A DNA stretch of 63,162 nt, the filler included. It is 6 parts of 6 records of this genome, joined end to end, with 100 filler letters (N's around TTAATTAATTAA, not from the genome) between each part and the next. Parts side by side here need not be neighbours in the genome. Positions count along the whole stretch, not along the records: positions 1 to 5,664 come from SRR31156797_18669; positions 5,765 to 13,175 come from SRR31156797_18670; 4 more parts are not named here. The stretch is one strand, 5' to 3'. Below are positions 1 to 9,760 of the stretch, in pieces. The stretch's first letter is position 1. Each line of letters opens with the position of its first letter. The notes under the pieces were generated by a model. It was not told the DNA's origin, ran no database searches, and saw only the letters and a program-made list of their open reading frames with translations. A program made the translations under genes and the position numbers.

Positions 1-231
1 CCCCCGCCAAAAAATTGCTAACGGAAATGCGTGAAAAAACCGACGCCAAAGCATCCGGGGCGCAACCGTAACCGCGGGGCCGCGCCTGCAAACAAATGAT
101 AGTCCAAGTATAATTGAAGCAATTGATTGAAATATCAGGAGTGAGCTTTTTTCTTCCATAACTGAAAATACGCCCAAAATCATGGTTCCGGCATGAGGGG
201 GCCCCTTGTCGGCGCCTGTTTTATACTTTAA

Positions 232-1977
232 ATGAATACATTGAAAAGTAATTTAAAAGGGACAGCAGAAATGATTGAAGGATTATTAAAAGCCTCACGA
301 GGTCTTGAACCCGCGGACCTGGTCTTGAAAAGCGGAAGTGTTGTCAATGTTTTTACCGGAGAGATTGAAGTCGCCGACCTGGCTGTTAAAGACGGACTGA
401 TTGTCGGATTAGGCGCCTATGAAGGCCATGAGGTTGTGGATGTCAAGGGCTTGTTCCTTATGCCGGGCCTCATAGACGCCCATATTCATGTGGAAAGCAC
501 CATGCTCCAGCCGTCTGAACTGGCCCGGATTCTACTCCCCAGGGGCACGACCGCGTTAGTGGCCGATCCGCATGAAATCGCGAATGTTCTGGGTTTGAAA
601 GGAATCGACTACCTGCTTCGTGCCAGCGAAAACCTGCCCCTGGATTTCTACTTCATGGCCCCTTCCTGCGTTCCGGCGACTCACCTGGAAACATCGGGCG
701 CCGAATTAACCGCCAATGACCTGGCCCCTCTCGCAAGCGAGCCCCGTGTTTTAGGATTGGCCGAAGTCATGAATTTTCCAGGGGTGATTAATGGTTACCC
801 CGATGTGATGGATAAAATCCGCCTGTTCGAATCCAAGGTCAAGGACGGCCACGCCCCGCTATTAAGCGGCCCCGATCTCTGTGCTTACGCCCTGGCCGGC
901 GTCTCCACCGACCACGAGTGCATGAATATTGATGAAGCAAATGAAAAAATATCCAGAGGCATGCATGTTCTGATTCGCGAAGGCAGCGGGGCCAGAAACC
1001 TGAAAGACCTTGTCGGCGCCGTAACCGGTTTTAATTTCAGACGAATGGCCTTTTGCACCGACGATCGCCATCCGGAAGACATACTTGTCCGCGGGCACAT
1101 GGACAACATTTTGCGTCAATCAGTGGAACTTGGTTTGGACCCGTCCAGGGCGATTGCCATGTGTACGTTGAATCCATCGGAAATTTACGGCCTTAACAGG
1201 AAAGGCGCCCTTGCTCCGGGATATGAGGCCGACATAATAGCGGTTGATAATCTATCTTCGTTCAACCCGATGCAGGTATACAAAAAAGGGGTGCTGACAG
1301 CCCGGGAAGGCGAGTTTGTCGGCGCCATGGCGCCGCAGCCGACGCCGGATTGGGTTTTTTCAATGAATGTGGGCCCGCTTGATGAGGAGCGCCTTAAAAT
1401 CGAAAATCCGGGGCCTAAAGTCCGTGTTATCGGAGTCATGGAAGGCCAATTGACAACCAAGAGCCTGGTTGTTGATACTCCGGTCAAGGACGGCTGCCTG
1501 ACCGCCGATCCGGACAGAGATTTTGCCCGTCTGGTCGTAGTGGAACGCCACAAAGGTTCGGGTAATATCGGGCAGGGCCTGATCCATGGATTTGGATTGA
1601 AAAAAGGCGCCATGGCCTCATCGGTCGCCCATGATTCCCACAATATTATTGCCGTGGGAATGAGCGAGGCCGAAATTCTTCTTGCCCTGGAAACCATCAA
1701 ATCCATGGGGGGCGGCATGGTCGTTGTATACGAAAACAACGTCCTGGCCAGGCTGCCTCTCCCCCTGGCCGGCCTGATGTCTTTTGAACCGGCTGAAAAA
1801 GTTGCCGAAGACCATAAAAAACTGGAAGCGGCCGCTCAGGAACTTGGGGGGCGATTGAAATCTCCTTTTATGACGCTGGCCTTCATGGCTCTTCCTGTCA
1901 TTCCAAGCCTAAAACTGACCGACATGGGATTGTTCGACGTGGATAAATTTGAATTTACTCCTCTTTTCCTGGATTGA
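232..1977 (+). CDS. ade: Adenine deaminase (amidohydrolase superfamily); start may be ATG at 271
   Basis: PGLIDAHIHVES metal-binding motif, DPHEIANV, EVMNFPG, AHDSHN and C-terminal LAFMALPVIP-LKLTD typical of AdeC. Confidence 0.93.
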   Translation: MNTLKSNLKGTAEMIEGLLKASRGLEPADLVLKSGSVVNVFTGEIEVADLAVKDGLIVGLGAYEGHEVVDVKGLFLMPGLIDAHIHVESTMLQPSELARILLPRGTTALVADPHEIANVLGLKGIDYLLRASENLPLDFYFMAPSCVPATHLETSGAELTANDLAPLASEPRVLGLAEVMNFPGVINGYPDVMDKIRLFESKVKDGHAPLLSGPDLCAYALAGVSTDHECMNIDEANEKISRGMHVLIREGSGARNLKDLVGAVTGFNFRRMAFCTDDRHPEDILVRGHMDNILRQSVELGLDPSRAIAMCTLNPSEIYGLNRKGALAPGYEADIIAVDNLSSFNPMQVYKKGVLTAREGEFVGAMAPQPTPDWVFSMNVGPLDEERLKIENPGPKVRVIGVMEGQLTTKSLVVDTPVKDGCLTADPDRDFARLVVVERHKGSGNIGQGLIHGFGLKKGAMASSVAHDSHNIIAVGMSEAEILLALETIKSMGGGMVVVYENNVLARLPLPLAGLMSFEPAEKVAEDHKKLEAAAQELGGRLKSPFMTLAFMALPVIPSLKLTDMGLFDVDKFEFTPLFLD

Positions 1978-2044
1978 AGATAAAAATCGATTAGTAATCA
2001 GATTGTCGCAGTCCATCCAATGTCATGACTTTGACAATCGTAAA

Positions 2045-2085
2045 TTCCCCGGCCGCCGGATCAGGCAAACTTAGCGGCCGGGGAA
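2045..2085. terminator. GC-rich hairpin after ade
   Basis: 12-bp inverted repeat TTCCCCGGCCGC / GCGGCCGGGGAA; no clear + strand U-tract. Confidence 0.5.
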
Positions 2086-2144
2086 AAGGAGATTTATTCG
2101 GGTTTAATGTAATATCAGTATATTGCCTAGCTGATTTGCAGCGA

Positions 2145-2173
2145 TTGACACCTTGATGCCTTTGGGATATTGT
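2145..2173 (+). promoter_or_regulatory. sigma70-type promoter for rpoH, probably leaderless
   Basis: TTGACA(2145)-17 nt-TATTGT(2168), ATG at 2180 six nt later, no SD. Confidence 0.5.
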
Positions 2174-2179
2174 GAACTC

Positions 2180-3166
2180 ATGAATAAGGAAGCAACACAG
2201 GATTCCAAGCCCGAAGTGGTTGATGTGGAGGTTCTCGACAGTTCCCCGGATGTCCCTTTAATAGGTCCGGCCGAGAACGAAAGCGAAGTCCCCGCCCATT
2301 TTGATCCACTCAAGCGGTACTTGTATGAAATAGGAAAATATGAGCTTCTCACCAGAGAAGACGAAGAGGCCCTGGCTGTCAAATATAAGGAAACCGGAGA
2401 CGAAGAAGCCGCATACATGCTTATAACAGCCAATTTAAGGCTGGTAGTAAAAATTGCCATGGAATTCCAGAATTACTGGATGAAAAATTTGCTGGACCTC
2501 ATCCAGGAAGGCAATGTAGGACTTATGCACGCTCTTAATAAATTCGATCCGTACAGGGGCGTGAAATTTTCATACTACGCCTCTTTCTGGATCAAGGCGT
2601 ATATACTTAAATCCATTATGGATAACTGGCACCTGGTTCGTCTCGGAACAACCCAGGCCCAGCGGAAGCTTTTCTATAACCTTAAAAAGGAAAAAGAACG
2701 CATCATGGCCGAGGGGCTCGAACCCGGTCCAAAACTGTTGGCTGAACGGCTGCATGTCTCGGAAAAGGATGTTGTTGAAATGGACCAGCGACTCGGAGGG
2801 CGTGAAGTGTCGCTGGACGCCCCATTGAAGGAAGACGCTGACGAACCGCATATGAATTTTCTGGCTTCCTCGGAGGAAGCCGTGGATAACGTTCTGGCGG
2901 ACAACCAGATACGGGATCTTTTACACGACCGTTTGATGAAATTTCGCGGTACGCTCAATGAACGGGATCTCAAAATACTGGACAGGCGCATCCTGGCCGA
3001 AGAACCTGAAACACTTCAGGAAATGGGTCAGGAGTTTGGCATTTCCCGTGAAAGGGTCCGCCAGTTGGAAGAAAGAATAAAAAAAGATATTCGACGCTAC
3101 CTGCTCGATGAAATTCCCGAGTTGGGCGCGGAAGATTATCTATCATTGCTTGGAATGGAAGAATAG
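2180..3166 (+). CDS. rpoH: RNA polymerase sigma-32 (RpoH) family factor
   Basis: Region 2 LDLIQEGNVGLM...KFDP-RGVKFSYYASFW, RpoH-box-like TTQAQRKLFYNL, region 4 ISRERVRQLE. Confidence 0.85.
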   Translation: MNKEATQDSKPEVVDVEVLDSSPDVPLIGPAENESEVPAHFDPLKRYLYEIGKYELLTREDEEALAVKYKETGDEEAAYMLITANLRLVVKIAMEFQNYWMKNLLDLIQEGNVGLMHALNKFDPYRGVKFSYYASFWIKAYILKSIMDNWHLVRLGTTQAQRKLFYNLKKEKERIMAEGLEPGPKLLAERLHVSEKDVVEMDQRLGGREVSLDAPLKEDADEPHMNFLASSEEAVDNVLADNQIRDLLHDRLMKFRGTLNERDLKILDRRILAEEPETLQEMGQEFGISRERVRQLEERIKKDIRRYLLDEIPELGAEDYLSLLGMEE

Positions 3167-3171
3167 TCATT

Positions 3172-4041
3172 TTGCGATACCAGGGAACAGTCTACAGGCC
3201 GCCAAGCGAGGCCGGCAGCCTTCTTATTCAGGCCACTATAGGCTGCCCGCACAACCGTTGTCGCTTTTGCGGCATGTACAAAAACAAACGTTTTAAAATC
3301 AGGTCTTTGGCGGATATTATAGAGGATCTGGACAAGGCGAAAGAATACTACGGTTCCAATGTCAGGTCTTTATTTCTGCCTGACGGAAACACTATAATTA
3401 TGAAAACTCCCAGCCTGCTCAAAATACTTGAGCGGGCCCGGCAGAATTTTCCGGGACTCGAAAGAATTACAATGTACGGTTCAGCCCGATTTCTCAAGCT
3501 CAAGTCCCTGGAAGAACTATTCGAACTCAGGCAGGCCGGGCTGAGCAGGCTTCATATGGGGCTGGAATCGGGAGATGATGAAACCCTGGCCTTCATGGAT
3601 AAAGGAGCGGATTACGCTGACAGCGTCGCCGCCGGCCAAAAAGTTCGACAGGCCGGCATTGAGCTCTCGGTCTATTATCTGGTCGGTATAGGCGGGACAA
3701 AACGATTGAAGGAACACGCCGAAGCCAGCGCCCGGGCGTTGAATGCCATGACTCCGGAATTTATTCGTCTGAGGACGTATTACCCTGTTGAAGCGGCGCC
3801 GTTGTATGAAGATATACAGCATGGCCGTTTTGAATTGCCTTCGGCCGCCCAGGCCCTTGAAGAGTTGGAAATGTTGGTTTCAAGCCTTGAAGGCCCTTCA
3901 ATGCTGTTGAGCGATCATGTTTCCAATTATGTTAATTTGTCCGGAAAGCTGCCGGATGATAAATCCGAAATGCTGGCGGGCATCTCGGATGCGAAAAAGA
4001 TGAGCGACCGTTTGAATAAAAGAAGACTTGCTCATCTCTGA
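3172..4041 (+). CDS. Radical SAM protein
   Basis: YRPPSEA-SL N-terminus and CPHNRCRFC (CxxxCxxC). Confidence 0.88.
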   Translation: MRYQGTVYRPPSEAGSLLIQATIGCPHNRCRFCGMYKNKRFKIRSLADIIEDLDKAKEYYGSNVRSLFLPDGNTIIMKTPSLLKILERARQNFPGLERITMYGSARFLKLKSLEELFELRQAGLSRLHMGLESGDDETLAFMDKGADYADSVAAGQKVRQAGIELSVYYLVGIGGTKRLKEHAEASARALNAMTPEFIRLRTYYPVEAAPLYEDIQHGRFELPSAAQALEELEMLVSSLEGPSMLLSDHVSNYVNLSGKLPDDKSEMLAGISDAKKMSDRLNKRRLAHL

Positions 4042-5664
4042 TATTCTCTCGACTACTTGCGGCCGGGCCGCTTGGCGCTCCGGTTTTTATAACAGCCGGA
4101 TTAATTGTCATCGAAAGGGAAGGTTAATATTGTCAACCTGTAAAAAAATAATAGCAACCGCCTGTTTGCTTGCGGTCATACTTTTGGGGGCCTGCGCCCA
4201 GATAACAAGCTCGGCCGGGTTTTCCACCCAAAGCTACGATTCCAAACGGGCGCGCATGAGGCCTGATGCATATTACCATTTCATGCTTTCGCAGATTCAT
4301 CTGAACAACAGGGAAACCGCGGAAGGACTGGAACATCTTAAGGAAGCCGTCAAGGCCGACCCTGACTCGTCGTTCCTGGAAGTGGAATTGGCCCGCATGC
4401 TCCTCAGGGATAACAATATGCCGGAGGCGCTGGTCCACGCCCGCCTGGCCGTGGCCAAAAATCCCGAAGCCCCCCAGGCCCGTCTTTTTGTCGCCAGCCT
4501 CCTGACGGCCATGAAAAGGAACAAGGAAGCCATAATCGAATACGAAGAGCTTTTAAAAAAACAGCCCGACAATGAAGAAGCCCTACTTTTTCTGGGAACC
4601 ATGTACGCGGAACTGGGAAAACTGGATGAGGCGGAAAAAGTCTTTAAACGTCTTATCGATGTGCGGCCCAACTCGCATTTGGCTTACTATTATCTCGGCC
4701 GGGCGTCCATGGAAAAAAAAGAAATCAATAACGCCGAAATCTATTTGAAGCGGGCTATTGAAATCAATCCCGAATTTGCGGCCGCACTCAGCGATTTGGC
4801 TATTCTGTATGAGAGAAACAAGAAATTTGACGAAGCGGAAAAATTATACGAAGAACTTATCCGTCTGCGCCCCGGTGGAAGCATACCCAAGGCCCGGCTC
4901 GGCAGGTTATACCTTCAGACCGAAAGGCCCGAAGAAGCCAAAAAACTTTTTACCGAAATCCTGGGACGTTCGCCCGATCCGGTCAGGGCCAGGGTGCAGA
5001 TCGGCCTGATATACCTGGAACAGGAAAAATACGATGAAGCCATTGACGAGTTTCTCCTGACGCTGGCTGAAGATCCTGACAACCATCGGGCCCGCTATTA
5101 CCTGGCTTCGGCATTTGAAGAAAAGGAAGACCTGGAAAAAGCCGCGGAAGAATTCCTGCTTATTCCCCGTGAATCAGATCTTTTCGTGGATGCGCGGCTC
5201 CACCTGGCTTATCTGCTCAGCCAACTGGAAAGATTCGAACAGGGCATAGAAGTGATCAACGAAGCCCTGGACGTTGCCCCCAATATGGTGAACTTATACC
5301 TTTCCCTCGGTTCGCTATATGAACAGACCGAACAATACGAGGCCGCCAGGGGCGCCTTGGAAGAAGGTCTGGCCATTGATCCCGACGACAAGGAAATGGT
5401 TTTTCGACTGGGCGTGGTCCTGGATAAACTGGGAGATAAGGAAGGGACCATCCAACAGATGAAAAAGGCCATTGAACTGGACCCCCAAAATGCCGTGGCC
5501 ATGAACTACCTGGCCTACACTTGGGCCGAACTCGAACGCAACCTGAAACAGGCCCTGGATTTGGCCATGAAAGCCCTGGATCTTAAGCCGGACAGCGGTT
5601 ACATCACCGATACGGTCGCCTGGATATACTTCAAGATGGGCGATTTTGACAAGGCGGTCGAATA
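4028..5664 (+). CDS. TPR-repeat lipoprotein, 3'-truncated; true start probably near 4130
   Basis: Lipobox-like LLGAC, many TPR repeats, NYLAYTWAE...D-VAW-YFK C-terminal motif; runs into spacer. Confidence 0.85.
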
Positions 5665-5764
5665 NNNNNNNNNNNNNNNNNNNNNNNNNNNNNNNNNNNN
5701 NNNNNNNNTTAATTAATTAANNNNNNNNNNNNNNNNNNNNNNNNNNNNNNNNNNNNNNNNNNNN
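5665..5764. other. Artificial contig spacer
   Basis: N-run with TTAATTAATTAA core (stops in all six frames). Confidence 0.98.
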
Positions 5765-5807
5765 AAGAGATTGGGAAAAATAACCATTTATGGCGTCAGG
5801 ATAAAAA

Positions 5808-7190
5808 CTAACCGACCATAACCTCCTCACTCCCGTAATGATACGTCCTGCCCGGCCTGTCTCTATTTGTCAAAGCCAGGGCCAACGTTAACGGCCCGAC
5901 CCTTCCCAAAAACATGGTCAGGATAATAATGACCTTTCCCCAGGCGGTCAAATCTCCGGTCATGCCCATGGAAAGGCCGACGGTTCCGAAAGCGGAAACA
6001 GCTTCAAAAAACAGCCTTAAGAACATGTCCCTGGTGGTAGTGTGGTCCAGGTGGGCTGTTTCCGTGGAAAGCAGACATACCAGGCAAATCGTGACCACTG
6101 AAATAGCGGCCAGAATAATGGTCAGACTTCGGGCCACGTTCTCATCAGGCACGCTGCGCTTGAACATGTTGACCCGGGAGAAGCCCCTGAAACGGTTTAC
6201 AGCCAAACCCAAGAGAATCGTCAGGTTGACTGTCTTGACGCCGCCCGCGGTTGAACCCGGAGAGCCGCCGATAAACATGAAAAAAATGGTCATCAGCAAG
6301 GTGGTGTTGGTCAGGTGATTGTAATCGATGCTGTTAAAGCCCGCGGTTCGCGGCGTTATGGCCTGAAAAAAAGAAATAACGAATTTGTCCGCCAGCGGCA
6401 AGCCTGCCAGCACGTTATCCCATTCCATAAACAGGAAAACAAACGCGCCGCCCGCGCCCAGCACCAGGGTCGTCCAGATAACCACCTTTGAATGAAGGGT
6501 CAACCGGTGGGGTTTTCTAAAGGCCAGGGCCTGAAGGTCTTTAATCACAATAAAACCGATGCCGCCGATCACAATGAGAAAAATCATGACGATATTTACG
6601 GCCGCATTGGTTTTGTAACCGATCAGGCTGTCCGGAAATAATGAAAAGCCGGCATTGCAAAAAGCAGAAACCGAGTGAAATATGGCCAGGTACGCCGCCT
6701 TTGCCGTTGGATAATCGCCCGCCCAAATGAAAAACAGCAGCACGGCGCCGATCAACTCCACTGAAAAGGTTATTACCAGAATTGACCGGACCAGTTCCTT
6801 AACGCTTTGCCCGTGCAAATGAGAAAACGTTCCCCGCACGGCAAGTTCATCCCTTAGCGATGACCTTTTGCCTATCAAAATGATGATAAAAAGTGAAAAG
6901 GTCATCATGCCCAGGCCGCCTAGCTGTATCAGGCACAATATTATAATTTGTCCGGGAACCGTAAAAGCCGTTCCCGTATCCACGACCACAAGCCCGGTCA
7001 CGCAAACCGCTGACGTGGCCGTGAAAAGGGCGTCAACCGGGCCAAGTTTTTCCGGGCCGGATACGCCCGGCATCATAAGCAGCAATCCGCCCGTAATTAT
7101 CAGGACAATAAAACTGAGGATAAATATACGGGCGGGCGTCAGGCGCCTTTGCAGGGTTTGCTTGGATAGTTTGCGCTTGTGGTGAACCAC
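5808..7190 (-). CDS. trkH: TrkH/KtrB potassium uptake membrane subunit
   Basis: FTATSAVCVTGL, SAFCNAGF, PRTAGFN, SAFGTVGLS pore-loop motifs. Confidence 0.92.
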   Translation of the reverse strand: MVHHKRKLSKQTLQRRLTPARIFILSFIVLIITGGLLLMMPGVSGPEKLGPVDALFTATSAVCVTGLVVVDTGTAFTVPGQIIILCLIQLGGLGMMTFSLFIIILIGKRSSLRDELAVRGTFSHLHGQSVKELVRSILVITFSVELIGAVLLFFIWAGDYPTAKAAYLAIFHSVSAFCNAGFSLFPDSLIGYKTNAAVNIVMIFLIVIGGIGFIVIKDLQALAFRKPHRLTLHSKVVIWTTLVLGAGGAFVFLFMEWDNVLAGLPLADKFVISFFQAITPRTAGFNSIDYNHLTNTTLLMTIFFMFIGGSPGSTAGGVKTVNLTILLGLAVNRFRGFSRVNMFKRSVPDENVARSLTIILAAISVVTICLVCLLSTETAHLDHTTTRDMFLRLFFEAVSAFGTVGLSMGMTGDLTAWGKVIIILTMFLGRVGPLTLALALTNRDRPGRTYHYGSEEVMVG

Positions 7191-8359
7191 TATTTTACCG
7201 TAGCTTTAGGCCGCGCTATTTCCGACTTGAACGTCTGCAACTGCTTCAACACGTAATCTCTTATTTCCACGGGCTTGGGCGAACCTTTCTTATGATCTTT
7301 CAACAGCGTCGCCCAATCGCCGCCGCAATTACATTTAATAGGCTTTACGCCCCTTGGCGCAACTGTGTCCTGGTTGCATTTGTTACAGCGATAAATGTCC
7401 TTGGAACCGGACATGACGCCTCGCTTGGAAATCGCCTTGCCGTTAATTTCAACTATATCCATGGAAAAATCAACAATCGGGGCGCTGCTGATGGCCCCGC
7501 CGACTCCGAACGTATCCACCATAGGCGCCAGTTCCGCAAGAGTATCCTCGTTGAGACCGCCGCTGGCCACGATCTTGACGTCCTGAAAACCGGCCAAATC
7601 AAGCTCCCACCTGACCTCTTTTATGATGGATGCAAAATCGCCTCTTCTGGAACCGGGCGTGTCGAGGCGCACTCCGTCAAGCTTGTCGCCCAGAGCTTTG
7701 GCCACTCTGACCGCTTCAAATTTTTCGTCGTTAAAGGTGTCTATCAAACTTATCCGGGGAATTTTTTCATCAATGATTTCCGCAAAGGCCAGTGTGGCCT
7801 CTACAGTGTCGCCCACCAGGAGAATCAAAACATGAGGAATAGTGCCTGAAGGCTCTATGCCGACAAGATCGGCGCCCTTGCCGACAGCCACGCCGTCGCA
7901 TCCGCCGATCCAGGCGTTTCTTTCCAACATGGGTGCAATAGCCGGATGCATGCGGCGCGCTCCAAAGCTCAATATTCTCTTTTCTCCGGCTGCCGCCCGG
8001 CAACGGGCCGCTGTAGTGGCCACGCCGGTCGCCTGGCAGATAAGCCCTAAAATAGCTGTTTCCAGGTGGCCGAATTCAAGGTACCGTCCTTCTATTTCCA
8101 TGACCGGCTCAAAAGGCCTGAAAAACGAACCTTCCGGCATGACCCTTACATTTATGTCCAGGTCGTCAAGCAGGCTGAATACTTCTTCCAGTCCGGCCAA
8201 TACAGCCCAGGGCCAGTTATTGGGCAGTAGCTTGGTCATAAATTGCGCTCGAACCCGAACATCAATGCCTTTGGCTTCAAGTATTTCTCGGGTTCGAAGA
8301 AAATAAACATCAGCGATGTCGCCCCGTTTAATCTCTTCAAACCCCGCTATATGCAGCAT
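7190..8359 (-). CDS. pncB: Nicotinate phosphoribosyltransferase
   Basis: DVYF-RT, SFGARRMHP, GTIPH, DGVRLDTPGSRRG, SGGL motifs; SD GGAGGA before ATG at 8359. Confidence 0.9.
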   Translation of the reverse strand: MLHIAGFEEIKRGDIADVYFLRTREILEAKGIDVRVRAQFMTKLLPNNWPWAVLAGLEEVFSLLDDLDINVRVMPEGSFFRPFEPVMEIEGRYLEFGHLETAILGLICQATGVATTAARCRAAAGEKRILSFGARRMHPAIAPMLERNAWIGGCDGVAVGKGADLVGIEPSGTIPHVLILLVGDTVEATLAFAEIIDEKIPRISLIDTFNDEKFEAVRVAKALGDKLDGVRLDTPGSRRGDFASIIKEVRWELDLAGFQDVKIVASGGLNEDTLAELAPMVDTFGVGGAISSAPIVDFSMDIVEINGKAISKRGVMSGSKDIYRCNKCNQDTVAPRGVKPIKCNCGGDWATLLKDHKKGSPKPVEIRDYVLKQLQTFKSEIARPKATVK

Positions 8360-8745
8360 AAGTATCCTCCGGATAAGCAAAACTGCCGTCATTATAACAC
8401 CCTGGACGCTGATTGGCTATTATCTGGTCCGGTGTTTTCATCTGCGTTTATACAACGGAGGAACTTAATAAAGATAATGAATGTTGCCTGGCGCCGTTAA
8501 TAAGTCATGCGTCAAAAAATGAGTTCACAAAAGAAGATAATTGAGGAGTGAATTGCCCTGAACTTGATAAATATCATATCAATAATTGTGTCAAGTGTCA
8601 ATAGTGTAAGCAGTTGATAATATTAATTAAATAACTTGACAGGAGTGTCTCCGTCATTGTAAATTCCTGCTGTGCTCTCATCAATTGTTCCATTCAAACT
8701 AAAGAGATGTTTCATTCAAACCGTGCATAAACGTCAGGAGACAGT

Positions 8746-9654
8746 ATGAACCGGGCTAATTCAAAAACAAGGCATTCACATACGGCCTATATCACAGCTT
8801 TGTACAGAGCCGTCGCCAACAAGGAATTTGATAAATCGGACATTGGACCCGACTATTTGGCGGAATGGTTTTTGCCCATGCATGTGAGGCTTTTAATCAG
8901 ATATGAAAAAATGAGGGCAAAGGGAAAAGCAAAAGAAAAAGCAAAAACGCCTGGAGTATACGAATATATGCTGGCCAGGACGGTGATATTTGATTATGTA
9001 TTTATCAATGCGCTTAACGAATCAATACCTCAAATTGTGCTTCTTGGCGCGGGATATGATACGCGAGCCTATCGTTTCGCGGATCAGAATATTTCCACCC
9101 GAATTTTTGAACTCGATCTTGCGGCCACTCAAACCAGAAAGTTAAAATGCCTGAAAAAGGCAAATATCGATATCCCTGAACTAATGACCCACATTCCCAT
9201 TGATTTTAACACGGAATCATTAAAGGATGTTCTCGAGCATGCCGGCTATGAACCTGACAAAAAGACGCTTTTTCTCTGGGAAGGCGTCTGCATGTATCTT
9301 GAACCGGAGTCGGTCGATGCCACACTGGAATTTATTGCACGATCTTCGCATAGCCAGAGCCTGATTATATTTGATTACCCCATCACGATAACCAATGAGA
9401 ACAAGCATAAATACTATGGTGTGGAAGCATTAATAAAGGCGCTCAAGAAGAATCCTTCAAAGGAATCGCTTAATTTTACAATTGATGAAGATGAAATAGA
9501 ATCTTTCCTGGATCGAAACGGATTAGAGGTTGTCAGGCATTTTAATCATAAACAACTTGAAGAGTCGATATCATCAAGCGAACCAGGTAGGCCCATTGGT
9601 CAATTAAACGGATTGTTTCGAATAGTAATTGCTTCTCCAAAACACGATTTATAG
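8746..9654 (+). CDS. SAM-dependent methyltransferase (LCM/TIGR00027-like)
   Basis: QIVLLGAGYDTRAYRF and FLWEGVCMYL motifs. Confidence 0.87.
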   Translation: MNRANSKTRHSHTAYITALYRAVANKEFDKSDIGPDYLAEWFLPMHVRLLIRYEKMRAKGKAKEKAKTPGVYEYMLARTVIFDYVFINALNESIPQIVLLGAGYDTRAYRFADQNISTRIFELDLAATQTRKLKCLKKANIDIPELMTHIPIDFNTESLKDVLEHAGYEPDKKTLFLWEGVCMYLEPESVDATLEFIARSSHSQSLIIFDYPITITNENKHKYYGVEALIKALKKNPSKESLNFTIDEDEIESFLDRNGLEVVRHFNHKQLEESISSSEPGRPIGQLNGLFRIVIASPKHDL

Positions 9655-9760
9655 AGGTTATCTTCGATTTGTCGGCGTAAAAAAGGTGGATGTCTGATTT
9701 TGACTATTCCGGCCTGGCTTGTTGGCTCAATTGCGTTAGATTCATTACTTCCCTTAGCAA

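Noticed and set aside
8688-8721. Direct repeat GTT(C/T)CATTCAAAC upstream of the methyltransferase
   Set aside because: Only two copies and no regulator nearby; may be an operator but not supportable
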